From the NCBI RefSeq assembly GCF_009914755.1, contig NC_060927.1: a DNA stretch of 64,000 bases. One strand, written 5' to 3'. The DNA is from the human T2T-CHM13v2.0 reference genome, Homo sapiens. Made by a program: the position numbers and the translations under genes. Numbering within the stretch: the first letter of the stretch is position 1; every line of letters begins with the position of its first letter. Below are positions 15,011-28,480 of this stretch, in pieces. The notes under the pieces are model-generated. The model did not search any database. It saw nothing but the letters and a program-made list of their open reading frames with translations, and was not told where the DNA came from.

Positions 15011-15202
15011 TAAATGGCTAAATTAATAACAGAGTGGATGAATTAACTTGAAAAAAGATTTCATGAACTATCAGCATGAAGATTTATCCACAAAAATAGA
15101 GAAGTGTTTCTTTTTTTGACCACATGAAAAACTAGAAACCATGTAAGCAGAAGTTATCTAAGTTAACTTTTATTGAGTAACTGGACACAGAATTCAGGTG
15201 CT

Positions 15203-15808
15203 CTGTTGTTTTCTATTGCTGCTATAACAAAACGTCACAAACAGCAAATTACTGCAACATGAATTTATTAGCTCACAGTTCTACCAGTCAGAATTCTGGT
15301 GTGGTTTAATTTAGTTCTCTGCTCAGGTTTCTCACAAGCCAGAAATTAAAATAGCAACTGACTAGGCTCTTATCTGTAAGATCTGATGTTGAAACAATTT
15401 CCAAGCTGAATGATGTTTTTAGTAGAACTTAGCTCCTTGCAGTTGCAGAACTAAGGTTCTCCCTTCTTGCTGGCTGGTGGCTGGGAGTCACCCTCAGCTC
15501 CTCCAGTGAGCCCACATTCTTTCCGCATGTCTTCCTTTATCTTCAAGCCAGCAACAATGCATCGGGCCCTTCTCTGCTCAGATCTCCCTGACTTCCTCTG
15601 CTGTCCTCACCAAGGAGAATACTTTGATTTAAGGACTCCTGTAATTACATTGGCCCACCTGGGAAATCTAGGCTAATCTCTGTATCTTAAACTCAATTGA
15701 TTCTTAACCTTAATTACCTCTGCAATGTCATTTTGCCATGTAATATAACATATTCACAGGTGTAACACCAGGGAGCAAAGGTCAGAGAGCCAAAATTCTG
15801 TCTACCGT
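15203..15808 (-). mobile_element. MLT1E-like MaLR LTR
   Basis: ctattgctgctataacaaa ... gtaattacattggcccacctgg ... ttgccatgtaatataacatattcacaggtgtaacaccaggg ... aaaattctgtctacc. Confidence 0.8.
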
Positions 15809-16204
15809 TGATACTCAACAGCAATAAACATTCAGCTGTAGGAAACCTGAAGTCTCCAGAGAGATAATTTAGATAAAATACAGCCTTAAGTATAGGACAG
15901 ACCTGCTTAGAATCAGGAGTCTAAATTTTTTTGGTTACACAAATATAGCCAATTCTCTTTACCATTATAAATCTCAGCTTTATTTTTTTAATCTGAAAAA
16001 TGCAAATATTGCTGCATCTCTATCATGTTGCTTTTAACATTAATATAAGAAACATACATATAATCAGCAAAAAAGATTTTTAAAACCTTACATATCAAAG
16101 ATTACAAAAGAGAATTAGGAGAAAGAACAAAGTCTAAAGATGTTGAGAGAGTACCCTAAAGTTATCTATTTATTTATTCACTTGTTCAAAAATATTTAGG
16201 ACTA

Positions 16205-16508
16205 GGCCAGCCACAGTGGCTCATGCCTGTAATTCCAGCACTTTGGGGGGCCAAGGTGGGTGGATCACTTGAAGTCAGGAGTTTGAGATCAACCTGGCCA
16301 ACATGGTGAAACCCTGTCTCTACTAAAAATACGAAAATTAGCCAGGTGTGGTGGCACGTGCCTGTAATCCCAGCTATTTGGGAGACTGCATCAGGAAAAT
16401 TGCTTGAATCCAGGAGGCGGAGGGTGCAGTGAGCCAAGATTGTGCCACTGCACTCCAGCCTGGACAACAGAGCGAGACTCCGTCTCAAAAATATATATAT
16501 ATATATAT
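16205..16508 (+). mobile_element. AluS-type SINE with (AT)n in place of the A-tail
   Basis: Full dimer; TSD atatttaggacta at 16192-16204 and 16509-16521. Confidence 0.95.
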
Positions 16509-16746
16509 ATATTTAGGACTAGGTTTCGATGAAATTAACCTAACAACCAACACTTAATCCTTTGAGAAACTACTTTCTCAACTGCATGGAACTTACCTAG
16601 GATAAAAATTAAAATTTAGGAGAAAGTGATTTCAGAGCTCCAAATCTGTCCTGTCTGCCCTCATTTCCATAATCTGCTTTGACTGCCATTTTGTATATCC
16701 CCTATAATTTAACCTACTTATTGATCCCATGATCTCTGAAAATATT

Positions 16747-17880
16747 CTTTTTAATTTAATTTAATTTTTAGTTCTGGGATACATGGGCAGGATATGCAGC
16801 CTTGTTATATGGGTAAATGTGTTCCATGGTGGTTTGCTGCACCTATCAAACCATCACCTAGGTATTAAGCCCCGCATGCATTAGCTACTCTTTCTGATGC
16901 GCTCCCTCCCACCACATCCCCAACCAACGGGCCCCATTATGTGTTGTTCCTTTCTCTGTTTTTATGTGTTCTCATTGTTCAGCTTCCACTTATAAGTGAG
17001 AACATGTAGTGTTTAATTTTCTGTTCCTGTGTTAGTTTGCTGAGGATAATGGCTTCCAGCTCCATCCCTTTTCCTGCAAAGGACATGATCTCATTACTTT
17101 TTATGACTGCATAGTGTTCCATGGTGTAAATATATCACATTTTCATTTTCCAGTCTATCATTGATGGGCATTTGGGTTAATTCCATGTCTTTTCTACAGT
17201 GAATAGTGCTCCAGTGAACATACATGTGCAGGTATCTTTATAATAGAATGATTTATATTCTTTTGGGTACATACCCAGTAATGGGATTGCTGGGTCAAAT
17301 GGTATTTCTGGTTCTAGGTCTTTGAGGAATTGCTACACTGTCTTCCACAAGTAAAACCCAGAACTATAAAAACCCTAGAAGAAAAGCTAGACAGTACCAT
17401 TCAGGACATCGGCACAGGCAAAGATTTCATGACAAAAATGTCAAAAGCAATTGCAACAAACACAAAACTTGACAAATGGGATCTAATTAAACTAGAGCTT
17501 CTGCACAGCAAAAGAAACTATCATCAGAGTGGACAGACAACCTACAGAATGGGAGAAAAGTTTGCAGTCTATTCATCCGACAAAGGTTGAATATCCAGAA
17601 TCTACAAGGAACTTAGTTCCAATTTACAAGAAAAAAAAAAAACACCATTAAAAAGTCGGCAAAGGACATAAACAGACACTTCTCAAAAGAAGACATTACG
17701 TGGCCACCAAACATATGAAAAAAAACTCAACCTCACTGATCATTAGAGAAATACAAATCAAAACCACCAAGAGATACCATCGCATGCCAGTCAGAATGGT
17801 GATTATTAAAAAGTCAAGGAACAATAGATGCTGGTGAGGCTGTGGAGAAATAGGAATGCTCTTTTGCACTGTTGATGGGA
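16747..17880 (-). mobile_element. 5'-truncated, 5'-inverted L1PA (L1PA8-10-like)
   Basis: Antisense 3'UTR/ORF2 end 16747-17350 joined to sense ORF2 17351-17880; perfect 15-bp TSD ATCTCTGAAAATATT at 16732-16746 and 17881-17895. Confidence 0.95.
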
Positions 17881-17995
17881 ATCTCTGAAAATATTTATTC
17901 CTTTGAATGAGTTTAGCATAGGATGTTACCCTTAAATGCTTGTTATAACAATGTACTTTTTTGTATACCTCTACTTGGAAATGTATTATAGTTAA

Positions 17996-19215
17996 GATTC
18001 ATTCATTCGACTAATATGTATTGAGTGCCTACTATGTGCCAGGCACATGTTTTAGCTAATGTTGATGAATGGTATGGATAAAGGCCTTGACACATTCATA
18101 TTTAGAAAGATGGAAATAAATACATCAACAACATGCAATCTAATAGAGTTAGTAATGATAAAGATAAAACAGAATATAGAGAGTAAATAAGGGACCTATT
18201 TTCTATATGGTGGTCAAAAATGGACCCTGTGATTACAGCTGAATACAGACTTGAATAAAACGAGAAAGCAAGTAATTCACATATCTGAGGAGAAAACTCT
18301 TTAGACACAGGGACCAGAAAGTTCAGGGGCCTTCAGCCAGAAATATTATTGACATGTGTAAATGAAGTAGCAAAGATAGTTGTTTGAGGAGGTGAAAAGG
18401 AAAATAGTGAAGATCAAATTGAAGAGACAATCAAGGCCATGCAGACTGTGGCAAGAACTTTGGAACTTCTGTTTATTATCCGAAGAGGCCATTGGAAGGT
18501 TATAAACAAGATATAAACATGATCTGACCTGTGTTTTGAAAGGATTTTTCTGGATAGGGAGTGAAAATTATATTGAAAGTGAAAAGATTGTAGATATAGT
18601 AGCAGTGGTAGGACTTGGGATATATATTACATACATTAGAGCTATCCTTAACTGTATCAACTGGTCTCATTGGGTATGAGAAGAAGATCAAAGTCAAGGC
18701 CAATTTTAATATGTTTGGCCTGAGCAAGAAGGTGATATCCTTTCATGAAATGGGGATCAGTGAGAGGGGAGAAATTTACAGAGAAAAATTAAGAGTTTGG
18801 TTTTGGACCTATTAAAATTTGAGAAACCTGTGAGAAGTTTAAGAGGAAATGTTGATGAAGAGGAAGTTCGAAATAAGAGTCGAGAGTCCAGGGAATTGGT
18901 TTGGAGCTGGAGATTTTTTAAATTGAGAAGTTATTGGTAGATACAAGATATTTGCAGTCATGAGAGCTAACAGTTACCTAGGGAGGGAGTAAAGATGAAG
19001 AGCTGAAATTTAAGGATAAAATTCCAGGGATCTAGAAATTTGGAAAATTGGAAGAAGAGGTGAAGCCAGAAAAGACTAAGAAGGAGAGGTCAAGGAAGTA
19101 GGTGGGACAATAAAAGGATGTAGAATCTTGGCAACTGAGTGATGAAAAAATTCTTTAAAGAATCAGAAAGTGACTGGTAAACTGGGTCAAAAGCTAGAGA
19201 TTGAGTAAAAACTGA
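17996..19215 (-). mobile_element. L2a fragment
   Basis: ttcattcattcgactaatatgtattgagtgcctactatgtgccaggca followed by ~1.2 kb of purine-rich antisense L2. Confidence 0.85.
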
Positions 19216-19676
19216 AACTTTTCTTCATTTTAACATACTTTCGCTTTCAAGAAAATTATTACACTAAGGGGGAATAGCAGAGCAATCTATTAGTGTTGCA
19301 GAGGACAGATGTGGCTTTTTCAGATGCTCAGAAGCACCCAATAAATTTGAAGAACAGACAGGTGTTCCTGAGAACTCAGGGAAGAATTTGGCCAATGAAG
19401 GTCACAGGACACCTGTTCTGAAAATGTCCTACTGAAAATGTTCTTTAGAAGTTACAGTGTTTTCATCAAGACAATGAGATTTCACTTTATAACTTTACTC
19501 AGTGCCCAGGTTACCTAAAAAGTATTTTTTCATCTTCAAGGGAGAAAAAAACTTTGTTATTAGGTGATATAATTAGAATGTTTTAAAGAATGACATTAGT
19601 TTGCATTTCACAGCCTTACTAGGTAATATGAGAAGAAAATTCCAGTTTTATATTCTCTCGTATCTCTGAATTTCTT

Positions 19677-19712
19677 TCTAATTTATGGAAACAGTCTAAT
19701 TTATGGAAACAG
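19677..19712. repeat. Perfect 18-bp tandem duplication
   Basis: TCTAATTTATGGAAACAG x2. Confidence 0.9.
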
Positions 19713-21685
19713 AATAATTAAATGCCCATGATAAATTTTCAAAGTTTATGACTTTCACTTGCATGGAATTAAAAATTATTTGCTGTTTTGTTAGTATTAC
19801 TGTTAAGTGCCTTCCATGCTGCAGTAAGAAAACAGAAAAGTGAAATTCAAGAGCTAATCCAGGAGTATAAATGGGAAGTTTTTTTTTTATTAACTTGACA
19901 AATCTACATAAGCCATATTTAACTTCTTCAAAAGGAAAAGTATTTGAAACATGCATGTGAATCATGGGATGATATGTAAAATTTGACCAATCCACTGGGT
20001 CATTCTATGAGTTAATACTTGTCCTAAGTGTTCAGTTGTACCTGCTTAGTCTTTAAAATTATAGAGTTGTTTGAAAGGTCTAATCCATATAGATATTAAA
20101 GGAATCATTTACTTTGCAAAGTGGGCATTCCTTTTATGTGTAGAATGTACAATGAAACTGAATTTTTTGTTTATTGTAATCCATGTTTTATTTTTGGTGG
20201 TGAAATTTCTTTAGTAAATGCTTTACGGATAGTTTTGGAACAGTGCATTTTGACATCTTCCATTTATTTAAGCCACTCTTGCATTCTAAAATGTACAGTA
20301 TTTATCAAGCAAAGTTGGGTAGATTTGAGGGGGCCCATAAAATTTTTGTGTTACAATGATTTTAAAGAAGAGGCTTCATAGCTTTCTTCACTGACTCATA
20401 AACTTCGAGACTGTGGTAATTTCATCCATAAAAAAATAAAATAACTTAATGCCCCAATACCATCAAATTCCTAAAATGGAATTGTATTCAATAACAGTGT
20501 TTGATTATTAACAGTAAATTGCACACACCACTGCTGTTCAATTTCAATATATTTTTTCTGATATAATTGAATAGGACCCTCATTCAGGGGACAAAATTGT
20601 GTATTATTTTTATTTGAGGAAAAAGCAGAGACCAGAAAAAGAATTATTTCAGAAAAAGTAATTTAAATATTTATATGTTTTTTTGCAATTTGATTCATTA
20701 CATATTCAGTATATTTCATTAAAAAGCAAAAAAAAAACATATTTTTTTCTTCCTTAAAGAAAGCTACATAATTTTTGGGAAAGCTGTCTTGGTTTGAAAA
20801 TGAAAAGAAGAGCAAAAATTAAAAAATAAAATATATTGTGAAAAAAGGAGGAGTTAGAAACTAGAAAAGGGAGTGTTTAAAATACCTTAGTGCTAAAAAA
20901 ATTAAAATACATATACATATATATATATATATAGCCATTACATTAGCTTACAGGTAAGAAATGAGAAAAATTCATTTTAAATTATATTACAAAAGTGGTC
21001 CTTCTTAAAACATGAAGGTGGAAGCTGAATGTTTATATGCATTATGTTCTTACAATTTATTTAATTCTGAATAACTCTGAGAGGAGGAGATTAAAGTCAC
21101 TTCTCTGAGGTTGTCCTCCAATCCATTGATTTCCTAAGTGCAATTTTATAACTTAATTTCACTTACTGTACATTGAGGTCTTTGGGAAAAGGGAAGAGAC
21201 TTTTCAACCCATTAATTACATTTAATAAGATACTTTGGACATGAAAAATCTTTCATAGTCCATAATAATTAAAGGTTGCCAGTAAATGTATTTGCACTCC
21301 AAATAAAAGATGTAAATTTGCTTAAAGCTCTGCTTACAACTCCAATGAATTTGGATATTTACAAAATGATCTAAATTTTACAGCCATTGTTAAAACTAGG
21401 CCAGGAACTTATTTTATAATTTCGAAGAGTAGACTACCACAATTCATCATTTGAGATAACAGGTACTTTTTCTTGGCCTGAAAATTCCTTTTGCATGTGA
21501 CTTTTTGTTTGTTTTTAAAAGTCACTCAAAACAGATACTTCTGAATTATGAATAAAAACGATTTTAAATCTAATTCAGGACACTTACTTACATTTTACGT
21601 CTAAAATTAAAATGTTATAATTTGGTCAGTATTTCACAAAATTTTAATTTCATCAAACACACAGAAGGAAAAGGAAATTTCTTAC

Positions 21686-21766
21686 CTGTCAACACACAAG
21701 GTTATTTTGTGATGCAAGAATACAGCAGTGCATGGGGGAAAGATGTAAAATAGCACTTCAACAATG
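21686..21766 (-). other. Candidate exon (81 nt) of a putative non-coding transcript
   Basis: Minus strand: taattccattctag| acceptor and GACAG|GTAAG donor; no expression data. Confidence 0.3.
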
Positions 21767-21933
21767 CTAGAATGGAATTACAAATGTTTGGAGGCTCCGT
21801 TTTATTAATTTAAAAAAGAAAAAATAAGTTATATTTAATACCTATCCGTGTATCATGTATAATTAAAGAAAGAATTGGAGTATAATTTCAACAATATCAA
21901 TCACCGAGATTTTTGTTTAAAAGGCAGGCTTAC

Positions 21934-22041
21934 CTTTTTTGGAGACTCAAAACATGGCTGCTATATTGGAGGGTGCCAGTAGGTGGCAGTATGACTTATA
22001 GAGACATTTAGAGGAAGCAAACCGTGTGAAAGAAACCATCT
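21934..22041 (-). other. Candidate non-coding exon (108 nt)
   Basis: Minus strand: ttccatttattccag| acceptor and AAAG|GTAAGC donor; stops in all three frames. Confidence 0.3.
21973..21991 (+). promoter_or_regulatory. CTCF-binding motif
   Basis: GTGCCAGTAGGTGGCAGTA fits the CCASYAGRKGGCR core, in unique sequence. Confidence 0.6.
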
Positions 22042-22572
22042 CTGGAATAAATGGAATTTACTTGGTCAGAGAACCAAGACAAAACTGCATTTTTTTTGTT
22101 TTGTTTTGTTGAAGATCTTCCCAGGAAAATCTACCTACGTTACATTCTAGAATTGTTTTACGCTTGAATGGAACAGGAAAAAATTGAGGAGTAAAGAAGA
22201 AAAATTCTGTAAAGTATATACATCTGCCAAACCAGTTATTTTAATGAATACTGTCAAGTAAATCAAATACATTGTGTTTACTTTTTAAAATATTTGAATC
22301 AATAAATTCAAGTAGGCTTTAAACAGATTCAACCAAAGCCTAACATTGATAGTAAATCCTCACCTACATAAAAATAATCCATCAAATTACTATATCAGGA
22401 ACAGAGCACAGAAACCCAGGTAGAAAGTAAAAGTGGCCAAAATACATATAGCTAAAATATATGTCACAAGTTCAAACAAACAGATAAGAAAAACGATTAA
22501 AAAAATTATATACTGACTCATTTACTGCCCCACTCCCCAGCACATGTGCACAAAGACAAACTTAGGACCTTC

Positions 22573-22995
22573 TGTATTAACCGGGATTCTCTAGAGAAAC
22601 AGAACCAATAGGATAGGTGTATGTATATAAAGTGGAGTTTATTAAGGAGTATTAACTCACATGATCACAAGGTCCCACAATAAGCCATCTACAAGCTGAG
22701 GAGCAAGGAAGCCAGTCTGAGCCCCAAAGCTGAAGAACCTGGAGTCTGATATTCCAGGGCAGGAAGCATCCAACATGGGAGAAAGATGTAGGCTGGGAAG
22801 CTAAGCCAGCCTAGTCTTTTCACATTTTTCTGCCTGCTTTATTCTGGCTGGACTGACAGCTGATTAGATGGTGCCTTTCCCAGTCCACTGACTCAAATGT
22901 TAATCTCCTTTGGCAACACCCTCACAGACACACCCAGGAACAACACTGTGCATCCTTCAATCCAATCAAGTTGACACTTATTATTAACCATCATA
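22573..22995 (-). mobile_element. Solo MLT2A1-type LTR (HERV-L/ERVL)
   Basis: catccttcaatccaatcaagttgacacttattattaaccatcata is the reverse complement of the MLT2A start; other end tgtatta...ttctctagagaaacagaac; TSD CCTTC/CCCTC. Confidence 0.9.
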
Positions 22996-23147
22996 CCCTC
23001 GCTAATAAATTTAGTTTTCTTAACTCTCAGTGAATAGAAAGAAACCAAATAGGTGAAGAAATTATTGAAGAAACATCCACTATTACCCATGTGGTGATGA
23101 CTAACAGCTAGGGAAGAAACTGAAGGACTTTATAAAACTACACACAT

Positions 23148-23561
<414 letters not shown>

Positions 23562-25442
23562 CTATAATAATGATAGTGAATACAATTATATGCTATGTAT
23601 AATTTTAGAAAAAAAATCTGCCATGTATTTGATAAATGGTTTCAATTTAAAATGACTCAAATAGAACTTTGACATATAATAAGTAAAAAACTAATATTTA
23701 ATATGTGTCAAGCAGAATGCTGAGTGCCTTATAAAACAATTTGATTGCCAAAACCAGCCTATTTGGCACTTATTTTTAATCTCCATTTTATGAATAAGGA
23801 GTATAAGCTCAGCAAATTTAAGAAACATCAGTGTTGGCACTGCTATTGAGGTGACACAACTGGTACTCAAAACCAGACTTAACTTAGAGATGCTGCTTCC
23901 ACCACACTGTGGCATTTTAATGACTGGAATAGTCACTTACATAGAGTGCTACAAAATCTAGAATTAAGCATTAGTGCACTTGGTCAGATCAGAGTTTCAT
24001 TATCAACTTGACAAAAGCATATTTAAATAGAGAAAGGGAAAGTGCTATTACCATTCTGAATGCTGTGCCACATTTTTGTTCAAAGGATATATGGAGGCCA
24101 TTTGTCCCTGTGTTAAGTAACCTGAAAGTACCTTTGCTCTGAATGTCCATTTCTGTTGATTTATAATATTTATTTGTTTGGTTTCAAATTTCCTTTCAGA
24201 TTTATTTCGCTTTCTTCTATTGTCCTGTTGTGACTACCCTCTATCAACCTCTTCCTTTCTTACCTAAATTCTAACCTATTATAATTTAAGCAACCAATTG
24301 GCAAATCAAATTCATTGGAAATTGGTCTTATAAAAATACAGAATTTATGATTGAATGTCTATGTGGTTTCCTATAAGTGAAGTACTGTATAAATTATAGT
24401 CACTCAATTTTAGGACATCTACTTCATTTAGAGATGTTTTCTTTTTTTTTTCTGAATTCTCAACTATGTCTTGGATATTTGAGTATCCTTCAGAATGAGG
24501 ATTTCCATTTACTTCTCTAACATAACATTTCTAATGTCTTGCAACCTTTTCTCAGATGAAATTCATAAGTTAAACAGATTTTTAAACTTAAATGCTTTTG
24601 GAAACTGGTTAAAACCCCATATGACCTCTAGGTAAAAAATTCCATACTAGTAAATCAATTGCCAAAATTTCTAAGACTTATGTTTTACTGGCTCGATACA
24701 TATTCTGCTTTTCATGTTTAACTGAAGCCACAAATCAACACTGTATCAACACTGTAGAAAAAATAAATTAAAAGTAATGTGGGTTTGTTTTTTAATTCAT
24801 CACTTAATGACAATAATTTGTCTCTATATGGTACTTTTCCCTAAATTATGTTGGAAGAATTGTTAATACATTCTTCTACATTCCTATCTATGTATCTTTT
24901 AGAAAGATGACAAATGTCATTATACCAATAATACACCAGATGAATAGAATGTTCAAAGAAGAAGTTACAATTTAGAGGAGTCATTTCTAAATTGGTGGTA
25001 TACTAGTTAAAAATCCAAGTAAATGCCTACAGGGCAAATTTTGCAGATCAATGGAATGAAAATAAATAGCTCCAACAGAAAGAAGCTACAGGTAAACCAT
25101 AGATGTTGCTGTCAACACTGACATTGTACTGTGTCCCCTTAAATGTAAAAGCCAACAACTTCACAGCTGTCTTGCTCTAACAGGCTAGTTGCTAATTATG
25201 CAATATTCTATACGATTTTAGTACTTTTGTTAGAATAAATAACCATATTGGCTTCTTGCAACCACATAATCTGTTATTGAGTTGTGGTATATTTTTTAAA
25301 ATAATATTCTCCCACTTCAGCTCTCAAAATGGTTAGTAGTTGTTCTTTTATTTAATAAATCAGATAAAACTTGCAGTACCAAAGTCATATTCTACATTTC
25401 TACCATCTTCTTTCCTATCTTGAAGAAGTATAACATTTTCAA

Positions 25443-25635
25443 AGCAGCCTTAGGTAGAAAGAGAGCAGTCAGGAAACGAGATCTTAGAATCTAGACCAGC
25501 TCTGCCTTTAATGAGTTCTATGACCATGGCCAAATCACTTAACCTTTCTGAACCCCATATTTGTAGTCTGGAAAACGAAGGAGTTGGAGGAAGTTATATC
25601 TAAGGCCTCTTCCACTTCTACAACTCTCTGATTCT
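25443..25635 (+). mobile_element. MIR3/MIRc fragment
   Basis: tgaccatggccaaatcacttaacctttctgaacc...tctaaggcctcttccacttcta. Confidence 0.7.
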
Positions 25636-25842
25636 TTGTATAGGATATCAAAGTGGGTCACCAGTGTTAGGATTCCTGGGTTTTCCTTTTAATATGTTCT
25701 AAGATTAGAATAGGTGATATATATCTTTCCTAAAATAAATTGGCAGATCTATATTTGAGTGAATAACTTCTAGATTTTTTAAAAAAATCGTTTTTCAGAA
25801 ATCTTTTTTATCATAGATGTCAGATGACTAAATATTTGTGGT

Positions 25843-25932
25843 GTATATATATATATACACATACATATATACACATATATATACATATATATATATATAC
25901 ATACACACACACACACACACATATATATATAT
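25843..25932. repeat. Compound (TA)n/(CA)n microsatellite at Alu tail position
   Basis: Direct reading of the sequence. Confidence 0.95.
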
Positions 25933-26110
<178 letters not shown>

Positions 26111-26651
26111 GAAATAATATTTTTATATAGTCAGTCTTGTTCATAGGAAAGTAATAATGGCTTTGCAACTTAACCAATCAGGTAAGTGCATTTATGGTTC
26201 ACATGAATATTATATCTCATTATCCTGTACATATTTTTTCCTCCTGTAAGTTTTCTTCCTGATCCTTATATAAACTAGCCATCCCACCAAAACCAGTAAT
26301 AAGATTGTTTATCTACTAAACTCTATAACTCCGAACTCAATTTTCGTTAGTAAATTGAAAATCTGTAAGAATAAAAAATTATTTTGAAACTAGCACACTC
26401 TTTTTTAAAAATCAGTTTACCTAAAATAGTACATTTTATTCATATGTTGTATGTTTGAAAGGTGCAAATTGGATGCTTAGAGATAGTAACATAATACTTA
26501 TCAAGTTAGAAATATGAAATCTTATACATGTTTTGTCTTCTACCTCTTTGATTATATATGTGGCTTTAATAAAAGATGTATATCATGTGTATCACATCAG
26601 GAAAAACTCTGACCTATGTGAATCAAGGGTCCCTCGTTTTTTTTTCTTTCT

Positions 26652-26670
26652 CCCCCCCCCCCCCCCCCCC
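26652..26670. repeat. C19 homopolymer (G19 on minus strand)
   Basis: Direct reading of the sequence. Confidence 0.95.
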
Positions 26671-27664
26671 AGTTCTTAGTGTCTAGGATCTATGTGTACT
26701 AGGGCTAGTCATTTGAGATTTCATGTATAAAATGAAGGACTAAATTATCCTTAAGGTTCTTGCTCATTCTTATTTCCATATAAGGACACTTCTTATTCAG
26801 TGCAGTTTGTATCGTAAATCTTATTCTAGCGAAGGGGAGAAGAAAGAGCAAGAGTAACAGAGAGACCCAGAGAGGTGTCACGTTTCTTATGTACTTCCCC
26901 ATTCATTCACTACCTTAAATTGGAACATTAAGAGCCATTTACTCATGGACTCACTTTTCTCATATTCAATCCAAAAACAAAGCTAAGTAAGGATATATAC
27001 CAGCTATATGTATATTTAATTAAACTCAAATAGAGATTTTAAGCATTTTAAAAAGACATGTTTTTTTACCAGTCAAAATAATTTTATTGGATATCAAGGG
27101 AAAACAAAAGCAAAACTGGATTAAATGATTGAATAGTTGAAGGACACCTGAAAAGGGTTGCCAGCCTAAAACAGAGGAAAGCATTATTCTGTAAAGTCGT
27201 CGCAGGAACTGGCATCATTATAGTGTTCCAGTAAACATGGAAATGTACCCAAGAAAGATAATGATGTTTAAGAATGAATCCCTCTTTGCTCTGTTTCCAA
27301 AGCGTTCATATTAAATTTCACCTGATGTCAAGTGCTTGGTAATTAATATCAGTGTGTTTTTGCAATAAATCGGTAACCTCAGTTCAGAGAAGACCTAAGG
27401 CTTACAGGAAAGATAGACTTGATCGATGCCATGTCCTTAGTACAAAACTGGAATTATAACTCAGCGATGTTTCTTATTCTTCTAGATAAGGAAAAACATT
27501 TATTGTGATGAAGAGAATCATAAGAACACATACATATGGGACACGCGAACATCTATCTACTAAGGCAGCTAAAATGAAAGAGGAAGATGGAGAGAATGAA
27601 TTAGCCAAAAACCACTTTGAGTTTGACACAATGAGTTTCTTCTTCAATTACAGTAGAATAAGTA

Positions 27665-28005
27665 CAGTTTTGTGTTTAACAATGGAATACATTCTGAGAA
27701 CTGCATCATTAGACGATTTTGTCATTCTGCAAACATCACGGAGTGTACTTACACCAATTCAATGGTATAGCCTACTACACACCTAGGCTATGTGCTACAT
27801 CCTATTGATCCAAGCCAGAAACATGCACAGCATACTACTGTACTAAATACTGTGGACAATTGTAACACAATGGTAAGTACTTTTATAGCTAAACGTATCT
27901 AAATATAGAACAAGTACAGTAAAAATATGTATTGTAATCTTATGAGATCATCATTCTATATGTGGTCAGTCATTGGCCAAAACATTGTTAGGCAGCACCC
28001 AACTG
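27665..28005 (-). mobile_element. Tigger3a (MER7A) Tc1/mariner-type MITE
   Basis: CAGTT...AACTG termini with TA on both sides (27663-64, 28006-07); internal ggtatagcctactacacacctaggcta matches Tigger3a. Confidence 0.88.
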
Positions 28006-28221
28006 TAAATGGAAAGGGATGTGTGTGTCAGTGGGGGTGGTGGTGAATATAAGTGATAACAAGACCACAAAGAATTTTAGCTTTGAATGGATATCAAAGT
28101 TAGACTTTACATGAGGGGTTTCTTTCTTACCTTATTATGTAGAAATACAGCGTGCCTAATTTTGTTTTCTTTTTCTCTTTAGATACCTTACATTTTCAGA
28201 GCCAAAGGAAATCAGAAGTTT

Positions 28222-28480
28222 GTAGTAGTGTAATGTATAAATCAGTATATTTAACAGTCAATATATTGGTGATGAGAAAACTATAGGTTCAGAACATCTC
28301 AACTATTAATGATTAACGACTTAGGAAAATAATTTGGTTTTGCTGAGCCTTATGCTCCTCACCTGTTTTATTTAAAGTCTCTACCTGCACTGCAGGTTTG
28401 AAACAAGACACAAGTATGATGATTATGTGAAATGCACTGTATAGCAGAAAGCACAATATGTATACAAGGTAGTATTATTA
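28222..28480 (+). mobile_element. MIR (MIRc-like)
   Basis: gacttaggaaaat...ctgagcctta...cctcacctgt...atgtgaaatgcactgt. Confidence 0.55.

Noticed and set aside
16186-16488. Alu-derived ORFs (also 23187-23552, 31101-31716, 62934-63439)
   Set aside because: Standard Alu translation artefacts
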